This document shows, piece by piece, positions 40,750 to 51,835 of a stretch of DNA of 64,000 nt. Both the position numbers and the translations under genes were made by a program. This DNA comes from Takakia lepidozioides (lineage: Eukaryota > Plantae > Bryophyta), in NCBI GenBank assembly GCA_030704615.1, contig CM060731.1:89404001-89468000 (forward strand), given 5' to 3'. How positions within the stretch are numbered: the first letter of the stretch is position 1; each line of letters begins with the position of its first letter. Under the pieces are notes generated by a model. The model did no database searches and had not been told where the DNA came from. It was given only the letters and a program-made list of their open reading frames with translations.

Positions 40750-41113
40750 CTAGTTTCGGTGCCAACCACCCCAGGGACGCCGAACTGGAAAACCGACGCC
40801 ATTTTCCCAGGTTGGGTCCGAGAATGGCCAAGTCCCAGAACTGAATGGGCCTAGAACTGGAAAGGCCTCTTACATCTTGGGAATGTAGGGACTAAAAAGA
40901 AAGGCATTCATGTTCCTCGGGATTACAACTGAGAATGTCCACAGGAGAATTCTCATGCATGGAAGGAGTTGGAATAACCTCACTTTCGTCCACGTTATTC
41001 TCCAACTGTGAGATGGAATCAACTGTAGAAACTTGGACATCGACCATCATTTCTTGGCTTTGTGAGGCTGAACCGTGCTCATGAATAGGAGACGATGCAG
41101 AATTTTCCTCATT

Positions 41114-42293
41114 CTAGACAACAAGACCCGTTGAAGTGGATGGGAGATTGCCCGTACATTCATCCCGTGCCTCTGCAAGAAGCATATCAATCGTGAGGAC
41201 ACGACCATCACTTGTCTTCTCTGGACTCCTCTCCGGACAAATAAATAAATCCACATCTTCACCATCCGGACCACATCCACCATGGACATGCGTTGCATAT
41301 GGACAAGTCAATGAATGCAAACCTTCATCATTCGGATCGTCATCTCCACCATCGTGCACCTCATTGTCCGAAATCTCTTCACTTGAGTCAGATACAGGCA
41401 ATCCATGTTTGAGCCTGTATGTCCTTGTTGCCACATTACTTTGTTCCACACGCATGTTCTCCTTCAGTTTCCAAGTCGCCATGGCTTTCGACACATAAGA
41501 AGCCACGAAGTCGTCCTTGCTTTGCGCCCATCTACAAAAACATGTGTACATTTGTGACTTTGAAGCAAACAAAGAAACATATACATACAAACAAGACGCC
41601 AAACATATACAATCAAATGAATCAAACAAAAACATACTCGTACCTCCAACGCCCACTTTGTTGATCATGGTACTCCAAAGCCAAATCCAGTTGTTGAATG
41701 CGAGACTCCAAACCACTGTCCCACCCACTCTTTGTCCATGTTTTCCTCATATATGCCTGTTCAGCTTTGGAGTAGTTGTTGGTTTTCAATTTCTTGAAAA
41801 GACCCAACACATACTCTCGGGTGTTGTGGTCATTTAATTTACGGAGATCTCGCAACTCTCCATCTCCCCAACAGGTGATACTTGTAGCAGCATACATGTC
41901 CACGTCCAAAACCTCCGCAAGTAACGGTTTGCGGATCCACTCAGGCATAGGGGCCAGACCCGTGGTTTCTTTGTCATACAACTTCTCTGCCGCAATTTTG
42001 TATCTACGTCGTGCCTTACTTTGGGCATTGGCCAACCGTCTGTGAGGATTAGAGAAAGTGCGCATGTTGTTGCGCTTGCTCTTTTCCTCATCATATGGTC
42101 TATTCATTCGAATCTGCGGCCTTCCAGATTTGCCAGTTGTCATTACCAACCCATGACCCTCCCTCATCATATGCATACTAAGCCCCGCTTTCCTACTATA
42201 CCCCACTTTTGGGCCTTTCTGGCATAATAGACACTTGTAAAATCCGGATGAGACGTCTTGTTCATAGTGCACGCCATCTGTTGCCGTGTTCAT
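41114..42293 (-). CDS. Transposon-associated C2H2 zinc-finger protein with AT-hook-like GRP motif
   Basis: YKCLLCQKGPKVGYSRKAGLSMHMMREGH followed by GKSGRP. An in-frame GT-AG intron (41643-41532) joins ORFs 41622-42293 and 41114-41728. The frame stays open about 220 nt past the TAG at 41114, so that stop may be premature. Confidence 0.6.
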
Positions 42294-42756
42294 TCTAGAA
42301 ATTGAAAAGAAGACATAACATGGAAATTATATTAATCACAAGCCCATAAGCTATATCTTAGAGATGATCATTCTGTACCCATATTTATCATAAGCCAAGG
42401 GAGGGTTAGGACCCCACAACACCTTTTAAAAGGGAAGAATCGGTAGCCATCATTTCACTCTCTTATAGATGACAAAATGAGAAGTAACACAAGTTAAAGC
42501 CTTGAGTTGGTACCCTCACTAGATGGTCATCTTCTAGATGGTTTGTCCATCTGTATCTACTTAGAGAAGCTTCATGCCGTGATTATGACATAGGATCCAA
42601 TGCAATGGAAATACGGATAGAAGGCTCCACTTGAATTTGTCGAAGAATTCCAGCCCTTGCTTTCTTAAGATACTCTAAAATGTGTGAGAGAAAGAGAAAG
42701 AGAGAAAGAGAGATTCAATCTAAAGTTGAATTAAAATGAATGAGTATGTGAGAGAG

Positions 42757-42768
42757 GGAGGGAGAGAG

Positions 42769-42824
<56 letters not shown>
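42757..42824. repeat. (GA)n microsatellite
   Basis: Run of more than 20 GA units with purine-rich flanks. Confidence 0.95.
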
Positions 42825-42828
<4 letters not shown>

Positions 42829-42946
42829 TGTATGTGTGTGAGAGAGAGAATGTGCATGTGTGAGAGAGAAAGAGAGTATTTAGTCAACAAAAACAAAAAC
42901 AAAAAGATCATGAAAATCACCTTGTATTTGTGGTTGTTGTTTCCTT

Positions 42947-43550
42947 TGTCGTGCGCATACATATCGCTACACAACTACATCGCTGTCCAAAACCACACAA
43001 CACATGTGCACACCAAACACTAGTCTATCACTAGTGCACCACTAGTGCACCACTAGCCACCACTAGTCCACCACTAGGCTGCCACTAGCCACCACTAGCC
43101 ACCACTAGTACAGCCACTAGTCCATCATAATGATAAGGAAAGGAATGATACAAGCATACAAGCTCTCTCAAACTCACACACTTGCGCATGAAAACATCAC
43201 TCATATATTAAGTCGAGCCAAGTGCACCCCACGCCATGGGGAATCCACACTACGGCGCCATAGCTAGACGCGGTGAGGCTCAACTTGAGAAAGATGAGCC
43301 CACCACGATCTGCCGTGAAGATAACAACGCCAGGTGCCCAAACATGTATTGGCCCCTGGATTGACACTTGGGTCAATCCCAAATGTCAATATATGAAAGC
43401 TAGCTATTTCATAGCTAACTTCACACTAGTGGTAAAATAACTTGACAGCTGTCGTGCGCATACATATCGCTACACAACTACATTGCTGTCCAAAACCACA
43501 CAACACATGTGCACACCAAACACTAGTCTATCACTAGTCCACCACTAGTG
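42947..43550 (+). repeat. Two direct repeats of about 95 bp plus (CACCACTAG)n minisatellite
   Basis: TGTCGTGCGCATACATATCGCTACACAAC..CACTAGTCTATCACTAGT at about 42947 and 43450; many CACTAG units at 43018-43121. Confidence 0.85.
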
Positions 43551-43929
43551 GAATGGACACACTAGGAACAACTTAGATGCAGATCTCACATGCACTACTC
43601 GAAAGGGAGTTTATGGCATGCTGTATAGACACAGAGCACATAACAATGCAATGATCTAAAGCAGGGGATACAAACGCATCTAAAACTCGCCCCTGGAAAA
43701 ATTTCAGATCCTGTGAATCAAACCTGAAAGGAGAGATCCTGAGAGACAGGAAACTAGAATAGAAGTATGCGAGGTGTCCTGAAATGCAACTGCAAACCTA
43801 TGCAAGAGGCAAATGTGCGTATGAGAACTATTTCACTGGATGCACAGGAAGAAGGTGAGGTTTCAATGCACTGAAGTTCCTTCCTAGCAATAGCCACTCT
43901 TCTTCCTGCTCCTGACATTGGATCGAAAA

Positions 43930-45935
43930 TGGCAGACACAGTGGCTGTCGATCTGGAATGCATCGGAGAGTATAAGGACCATGTGGTCTTTTCCACTTGA
44001 AGTTTCTGACCCTGCAGTGGATGTGTGGCTCAACCGCATGACTTGGTGGTTCCAAGTACTTCAAGGTACTTCCCCCGCTTTGCTTTGCTGGAATGAATTC
44101 CGTGAACTGCTATGTGACAATGCATGTTGGAAACGCAGGTAATGACGAATGCGAAGGAGCAAGTCGTTATGCATACAAATTCGTTCGGCTTGTACGTCAA
44201 ATGGGATGGAACACAGACATTGGAAGACTACGTGACACGTTTCAGATGTGCGTACAAGGACAACCTCTTCGCGAAGGAGCTGCAGACAGCAAGAAGGAGC
44301 GTGGAGTTTACACACCAGGAGGGGGCGGGAAAAGCTGCAATGCGAATTGTGTACAGGTGAAGCCCAGCTCCCGTTGTTTGCAAAAGCTGGGTTATGAGGT
44401 TTGCCTGGGAAATGCGGCACCGCATTTGCACTTTATCTTTCCGGTTGCACTCTGCAAATACATGGTCATAACTTGTGCTCACGCATGCTGACTGTCTTGC
44501 AGGTATATGAAATACGTGCTTCTTAAGACAGGGGCCCGAGCTCAAGAGCCACCGTTCTTCATGGCTTGGACCGTGGCGGGCCCAAGCTGTGTCTACCTAC
44601 CAGACATGCAGAAACAATGGCATGCCGCGCATCTCGTTGGATGCCCGTGGTACCTGGACATGTCTGGCAGACTTGTTGACAAATCGGAGAAAGATCTGCA
44701 CGCTAAAGCGGAGGAGAAGAGAAAGGAAAGACGTGTCCCTGCTGGGCCTGAGTCGGCAAAGGACGCTGCTGCTCTGGAACAATCCAGAAAGGCAGCTGAG
44801 ATGGCACAGAAGACGGTGGATGCAGCTGCGCAGGCTCAACAGAAGGGGTCGAAGAAGAGGACTCGCCAGCAAGGAGCAGCAGTTGTGACACCCAAGAAGA
44901 CGAAGAAGCAAAAACAGAAAGAGCAGGAAGAGGGTGACGAAGAGGACTCCGATGGAGACTTTGCAACCCCCCCCCCCCCCCCCCCCCCCCGAAACGCAGC
45001 CAAAATCCCCTGTGCCCACCGTTGTCACGAGAGGGACGAGAACAGGCTCAGCAAAGAAGGCACTCTTCAACCCCCCCGGGGGGGCACCCTTTCGAGCCGG
45101 TGGAAATGAAGAGGCCAAAAGTGGAGCCAGAAACAGTAGTTCAGTGTGTCAATGAGAGTTTCTTGGCGGCTTTGGATGGACGGGCAGCCAAGTTGGCATA
45201 CATCAAGACCATGGAGGGTCTGAAGGACAGAGCACTGAAGAAGGCGGCTAAAGCAGAGCCTTCTGACACCCCTGGGTTTCTAAAGATGGTCTCGTTTTTT
45301 GAGAAGGTGTGTGTAGGGAAGGATTGCAGGAGGGGCGGAAAAGCCACCGAGTGGTCTTGCGATATGATCATCTTGGATATTCCGGACGGAGAGCCTGTGG
45401 AAGGACTGCAAGCTTTGCCATCTTGGAACAGGTACTCCGAGGACTTTTGGAAGAAAGGATTCGGGCTTGCCCGCATGGTGTTGGACGACAGAGGCTGTGT
45501 GGTTGTCCTAGCGAGCAGAGGCAAAAACACGGAGACAGGAATTGCGAAGTGGACCCGCAAGAGCGCCGTCCCAATTCTGAAGAAGAAGTGGACGTGCATC
45601 AACACATTGGGCCTTCGGTCGGAAGGGAAAAAGGTAATTACGACATTGGCACTTGTCCTTTCATTTTGTAAGCTATTTTGAAATGCGGTGCCGCATTCGA
45701 TTTGTAATTGTTCCCCACTGTGTATGCAGACGAAACAACAATGTGGGCTGGGCGATTTTCTGACCGGCACCTCTTTGCCTACGAGGAGGACACATCCGTC
45801 TGGGGATCCCATCTGGAAGGACTTCAACGGAATGTGAAGGCTCCAATCGAATCCAAAGATTCCCCGGATGAGGAGTCAGACTCGGAGGAAGAGACAGTGG
45901 ACATTGATGCCGAGGAGAACCCGGAATACGAGTGA
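43930..45935 (+). pseudogene. ParB-like/methyltransferase-like accessory gene, copy B (5'-truncated; middle region and MTase-like domain)
   Basis: WLSIWNASESIRTMWSFP..WLNRMTWWFQ; GKAAMRIVYR; WHAAHLVGCPWY; VNESFLAAL; DMIILDIPDG..PSWN..LDDRGCVVVL..WTCINTL; last exon TTMWAGRFSDRHLFAYEED. Frameshifts at poly-C/G runs. Confidence 0.8.
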
Positions 45936-46641
45936 GTGCAAACATTGTAAGTTTGCAAATCCTTCTGAGTGATTTTTTGTCACACGCATTTCCGGACTGT
46001 GGTTCTCATTGGTCTCGTGGGTGATTGTTATGTGCAGGATTCCAGGATCCGGGTCGAAACCTGTAGGGCCTACATTTCTTGCCAGGAGGAATGTCCCGTT
46101 CTTTGCGAGGACCAACTTCATGAAGAGCCCCGTGAAGGACTACTCCCTTCCTAGTTATGCAGCTAAACTCGCAAATACAGCGATGAGACGATGTGAGAAT
46201 CCCAGTAAAGTATAGCTGATTTTGGAGAGGGCTAGGGAGGACAAAATGATAAGGAAAGAGGTGGCAGCAGCTGAGACAGGTAGACGGGTGCGAAAGTATA
46301 TATGTGATTCAGCGGAAGATAGCGATGCAGACAGGGAGGACGAGGACCCAACGGAGGTGAGATGGTCGGTTCCGCAAGGGAAAGATGGGATTTTTGAAAG
46401 CTTGGCCAACGAGCAGTCCGTTGGACATGAGAAAGGCAATGACGAGGTGGAAGGGGAGCAGACAGTCAAGGAGAGGACAACGATAGTGATGATTTTCAAG
46501 ATTTGTAGAATTTTAATTAACTCTCTGTACATTTACATTCTCTTCCAGAGTATATAAAGGAAATTCTCCCCGTCCTTGATGTCCCCTCTCCCATGTGCTT
46601 CTAAACGACACCATCTTCCAAACCACGTCCTTCCCAAAACC

Positions 46642-47274
46642 GGAAATGCGGCACCGCATTTCCATGTCGGGACGGAAATACGGAAATGTGGCAACTGCAA
46701 AAACCTCGTTTGGAAATGCGGCACCGCATTTCCATAACCGGGGCAAGAACAATTTTTCCGTTTCCTGGTTTGGACATCAGAAACTGTTCGGCCGAACGGA
46801 AATGCGGTGCTGCATTTCCGTTTTCGACACGGAAGTTCTGCCGATTGCCAGCTCCTTCCATAGAGGTAAATGGAAATGCGACACCGCATTCGGAGGTCGA
46901 ACACGTTATTTACATGGCCGACATGGAAATGCGGTGCCGCATTTCCAGAACGGACATCGTTGTTTGTCTAATTGCAGACCCTTCGACGGAAATGCGGCAC
47001 CGCATTCCATCGTGCTGGACGGAAATGCGGTGCCGCATTCCATTGTCGAATACGAAATTTTGATGACGGACATGGACACGCATTGGCGATTGGACATGCT
47101 TGGACAAATCAAGGTCCAATATGGAAATGCGGTGCCGCATTAGGATTTTGAAGTATGGAAATGCCATGTCAAGAAATGAAATGCGGTACCGCATTTCCGT
47201 TACGACCACATCGGAGGAAAGGGAGCTGCCAGAAATCGTTGCATGGAGAAAATGGAATGCGGTGCCGCATTTCC
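46642..47274. repeat. Array of 22-bp palindromes GGAAATGCGG-CA/TG-CCGCATTTCC
   Basis: About 10 near-complete copies (46642, 46712, 46798, 46872, 46925, 46988, 47021, 47123, 47178, 47253) with unique, irregular spacers. Single copies also lie in copy-B introns at 44408 and 45680. Confidence 0.95.
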
Positions 47275-47549
47275 GAGCTTGGGCATGGAGATGTTTCCTT
47301 TAACTCATACATGGATGACCTTCACCTCAGGACTATGATATCGCTGACTCTGATATATTCATGTGGACAGACACATTGTAGAAATGAGACCACAAATTGT
47401 AAACAGTGGGCCAATTACTGCAGTTCTTGAATACAATGAAACACAGCACACAGAAGTGAGGGACAATGGGTTGTTTTATTGATCGAACATGGTGTCTCAC
47501 ATTTAGCAACTCCAGACAAATCGAAGCCCTTCTGCCTTCTGCATGGACG

Positions 47550-48124
47550 TCACCAAGTCGCCGGAACTTCGATAGCCCTCAAAACAAGCTCATTACTGAC
47601 GCGGCACCTCTAGGTAAACTGCAATGCGGTCGTTCTGGTGCCCTTGGTGGAGCTGACAACAATGTCATGCCCATCAATGATACCACCATCATACATTGAC
47701 AAGGTCACTGTGGGCCTCATGTGCCCGTGCGATTCGTCTTCGCAACTCAGCCGAATGTCTCCATACACTGGAAGACCGGAGTGAACTCCATGAATATAGT
47801 TTTCCCCGGGGCCGTCCTCCCTGGTCCACTGGCAGCAGTTCCAGCGCCAAAGCAAGGCCGTGCGTGATCTGTCCGGCATCCCATTCCAGCTTGGTATATC
47901 GAGGTCAACACGGACCGCATTGACCTCGCCCTCACCCGCCCTCACCATCGATCAAGCGGTAATAGCCCTCCAAATACTCCATTGTGCGCAAAGACTCCCG
48001 CTTGATTCCAGAAGCATCAGTGAAAACAAAGAGCCACCCAATGATGTCAAAGGGCTTCTGGTTTGAACATCGCATAATCGTGGCCATGATAAGGGCAGTC
48101 AGCAGGATTGCGGCAGCACGACAT
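47550..48124 (-). pseudogene. Orphan gene of about 190 aa, copy 1 (frameshifted, internal stop)
   Basis: LTAL..IMRC..DIIGW; LLWRWNCCQWT; GVHSGLPVYGDIRL; YDGGIIDGHDIVV; LQFT*RCRVSNELVLRAIEVP. Paralogous to 48710-49278. Confidence 0.65.
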
Positions 48125-48709
48125 CCTTGCAAAAGATTAGTAGAGTACGCTCAATGACAACAGCTCGTGGATGGAGGAGGCAAGCGCGTGGTGGCTGGAA
48201 GAAGTTCAAGGACATGACAATGTGTTGGCAAACGCTGCAATTCCTCACTAACACTCCAGGGCACATTTAAATTTTCCCCCTACAGGAACCGCACGGATGA
48301 AGATTGGCTGCTCCATGAATGTAGCCGTTTCAGTTTCCTTCCTTCCTTGCCATGCAAACTATGGGCAGTAAGTGCCAAGTGGGCCTATAGCCACTCGAGA
48401 CGACAAAGTCCATCCCCCCTTTGATGTATATGCGGCGCCGAATTTCCATCCGGGGGATGGACTTCGGTGGCAGATTTCAAACTATACCTTGTGGATGAGA
48501 AAGAGTATCGGTTCATCCACCGCTGACGTGATAACACGTTACCCGATGATTGGTGGGTACGTGGGACCGAGATGCTCCATTTATTGGAGGCCCGCACTGC
48601 TCTTTCCGCTTCTCATCATTTTGAAAATCAAATTGCTTCCGTTCCCTTGCTGTTCACAAGGTCATTGTCATCGGCATCAAAAGACGTCCTAGGTCCTCCT
48701 TTTGCAAGG

Positions 48710-49278
48710 ATGTCCGTGCCTTCCGGAACCAGGCTGACTGCCCTTATGGAGGCTTCGATTATGCAATGTATTCGGCCACAATCGGGAGACATCGTTATCT
48801 GGCACACAGTTTACACAGAAGATAGTGGTTTCGAATGGTGGAAACATTGTCCGCTTGTGAGTATATCCCATGCCACTACGCTTCGAGCGGGGTGACGATC
48901 TTGGTCTGAGGAGTCCATTGCTCCTGCGCATCCTTGATTCCGATTTCCAAGCCTACGACGGGCACCCATGCAGAAGAATGCGCACCTGCTATGCTGTTGC
49001 GGTGGAACTGCAGCCAGTGGACGTGGGTGGACTCCATCGGAGAGACGTATACTCTGAAAGGAGTTCGCTCCTCTTCTCCATTATATGGGGACATTCGCAT
49101 TGGTGTGGACGACGAAAACGTGAAGCTTTTCATATTCGATGGTGGTATGATTGAAGGGCACGACATTGTGGTGAAACATAATAGGGGCGGTACAACGCTT
49201 GCAATCCAGTTTACCTGGAGGAGCCCAATGACTCATGAGCTAGTTTTCAGAGCACTCGAAGTCCCGTTGACAACGTGA
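48710..49278 (+). pseudogene. Orphan gene of about 190 aa, copy 2 (at least one frameshift)
   Basis: LTALMEASIMQC..DIVIW; MLLRWNCSQWT; GVRSSSPLYGDIRI; FDGGMIEGHDIVV; IQFTWRSPMTHELVFRALEVP. Confidence 0.65.
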
Positions 49279-49559
49279 CTTGTATTCAGAAGGCACAATG
49301 GCTATAGATTTGTTTGCACCATCAGCACAGTAGACGTGCCTTCAAATGCAATTCAATGTGGATCAATAAAAACCCCATTGTGCCCTCTTTTTTGTTCTAT
49401 TCTGTATCCATCGTTCCCAGAATGCATCATTCCTCATTTTGTTTAGGATTGGGAGTGGGGGGTGGATTTCGCAAGTGGCTGGTAGGCTGAAATGGGCCCC
49501 CATTGTACAGAGCATTACCACCCTACCATTCGCGAAACACTGCCTTTCAATATGTAATT

Positions 49560-51340
49560 CTAAAAAACATTGCCGAACCTCCTTCATCGGGAGGTCCTTC
49601 TCCCCCTATGACCGTGACAAAACCCTGAACCCTATTCCCCGCGGACATTCATTTCCGGAAATAGTCCTCCTCATGTTTTTTTCCGACACTTAACGACTCT
49701 GCTCATGGCTCATGCCGCTCAGGCTCATGAAATAGCCGCCCCCACTCGTTGGGCGTTTCTGAAACCGTAAAAACTTCGCCCACCATTCCCACCGGTAGCG
49801 TGACTATTCTCTTGCGGCCATCTATGACCGCTCCGGATTTGCTCAAAAACGGTCATCCCCAAATGAGATCCACTCCATCGATCTCGCAAATGGGAAGTTC
49901 TCACGTCCCGCCCAACTCCCCAGCTGAAGAGGAACATTGACGCCAACCTCGTCGCCAGTTGTGGGTTCTCCTTTGGCAGCACGCACTTCAATAAAGGCCC
50001 CACATCACTTGTCGGGAGCCCCGCTTCCGTGCCGTTGCCGGTGGTCATAAGGAGTGCGACGCCATTTTACACCAACAACGACACTTAGTTCCGAAAATTA
50101 TCCCACTCACTAACATTAACTGACTCCCTTTACGCAGGGCGCCAGTCTCTTGATACAACTCACAAGAGTAGTTGCCTACCTTGCAAGTCTTGGCGACCAC
50201 CGCTTCCACCAAGCGGCTGATGGAATCTTTGGACAGCTCCTTGGTTCGCCCGAGTCATGTTCATGGTCAGGGTTTCTGCGCACTTCTTGGCCATGTGCCC
50301 GGGCTCCCCGCAATTAACACACTCTCCATCGAAGGTCGCCTTCTGTCCGCCATAAGCCGCCGCACCTGATTTTCTTTTCGGAGCACTGGGTGCCGCCTTG
50401 ACGTGTGAAGGCCCTCCCTTCGATTTCCATGTGCCATTGTCGCCGCGGGCCTATCCCACTTTTCTTTCCGGTCGGAAGGATCACCCTCCCGCCGGGTCTT
50501 CTTGTGGTTCAACTCCGTACGGCCCTGTCTTTCGCCCCTAGGGACATCCGAGAAACATTCAGCCTTTTCAATTGCCTCGTTCAAAGTCTTGGGTGGCTTC
50601 TCCTCCAACTTCTGCCTGGCCCATGGGGCCAGTCCCGCCACAAAAGTTGAAGACCATTTATGGTTCTGCCATATCCACGACTTCGAGCAACAGCACATTG
50701 AAAGCCTGAACATATCCCCACATGTCATCCGTTTGCTTCAAGTTCCTCATCGTCCCGGGTGAGCTAGGACGCGTTGAGGGGCACAAATTGTCTTTTCATA
50801 AGTTCCTTGAACCCACTCCAACTCAAGGTTTCTGGGTTGGGACCTTGGTCATGAAGGCGTTTTCGCCACCATTGTTGAGCAAGTCCTCAATAGGTGGAGC
50901 CACTTCACCCGTCCCTCGTCATTCAACTTGGTGTGCCCGCCCGGAAGTACTGCTCTAGCTCCAAAGCCAGTTTGAGTGCCTTCCGATTCGGACGCCCTCG
51001 AAGGTTGTCGGTTCCCCTTAGGCTTCACCTTAAACTTTGCCTTAGTGGAGTGGCATTAGCCGCCTTCACACACGTCTTTCATCAACGTCCCCCCCGCAAA
51101 ACTGCGCCAACACCCTTCTTTCTCAAAAGGCTGCTGGCAATGCAACTCGACGTAAACCCCACCCTCCCCCAACCCCCCATCCCCCCACCCCACGCACCGC
51201 GTGAGCCTGGCGCGTGAGCGTGTGAGCGTACGCTCACACAATGATGACGTGGCGTGAGCCTACGCTCACGCTGCTGACATGGCGCTGATGCTGACGTGGC
51301 GTGAGCCTGGTCCAGGTCATGCCACGTCACCACAAAGAAG
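49560..51340 (-). mobile_element. Ty3/Gypsy retrotransposon internal region (leader, gag, decayed protease), 3'-truncated
   Basis: Capsid-like FVAGLAPWARQKLEEKPPKTLNEAIEKAE; CCHC knuckle CVNCGEPGHMAKKC (about 50280-50321); leader motif TGCTGACGTGGCGTGAGCCT shared with about 62390. Confidence 0.8.
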
Positions 51341-51423
51341 GTGGGCCTATAACCGTGGAGCCCCCAACTGCTGATTTCCCACATGAAGGTGAACGGATGA
51401 AGGGTTTTGGGCTTCTGGAGTTC

Positions 51424-51656
51424 AACCTTCTGTTAACAGGAGCTTCATTTCGTAGAACTGAAATGAACCTCGTGTCGACACAAGGGGATTTGGAGAACTT
51501 CAACAAAACCTCGTGTTAACACGAGGTTGTTTTCCTGGAACAAAAATGAACTTCGTGTTGACACGATGTTGTTTTCTGAGAACTAAAATCATCCTTGTGT
51601 CAACACAAGGAGGATTTGGAGAACTTCAAGTAAACCTCGTGTTGAGACGAGGTTGA
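51424..51656. repeat. Subterminal array of six palindromes AACCTCGTGT-NN-ACACGAGGTT at 41-42 bp period
   Basis: Starts at 51424, 51466, 51507, 51549, 51591 and 51633. Confidence 0.85.
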
Positions 51657-51835
51657 TTTGATCATCTGTCTATCTGAAGGTAGTTTCTTGTGTTTGCTAA
51701 TGAAAAGAGAATGACAAACCAATGCGACAAATGCATTGACCCACGCATAGCAAAGATGTTAGACGACATACATTGAGAGTCACTGGACTTGAACAGTCAT
51801 TCCATTACAAGTTGTAGTCAAGGAAAACACGATTT

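Noticed and set aside
40750-43757. 8-bp inverted repeat CTAGTTTC..GAAACTAG or CACTA element
   Set aside because: Does not extend beyond 8 bp, has no TSD, and no CACTA transposase is present.
46642-47274. CRISPR-like repeat-spacer appearance
   Set aside because: Spacers range from about 11 to 80 bp, repeats occur in both orientations and singly in introns, there are no cas genes, and the context is eukaryotic.
46533-47430. Many overlapping ORFs with GNAVPHF / EMRHRIS repeats
   Set aside because: Translation artefacts of the palindromes, seen in all frames on both strands.
34244-48376. Putative TIR pair for element 1 (GGCACTTGC / GTAAGTGCC)
   Set aside because: Only 8 of 9 bp with no TSD, so the element-1 boundaries are left undefined.
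49135-49170. GGxIxGHD in the orphan pair as a Methyltransf_24 motif
   Set aside because: The upstream IDG-H and SAM-binding motifs are absent; the similarity is too short.
49603-49647. CCTAT-ACCG motifs resembling element-2 termini
   Set aside because: They lie within what appears to be decayed Gypsy pol sequence and have no partner end; probably chance.
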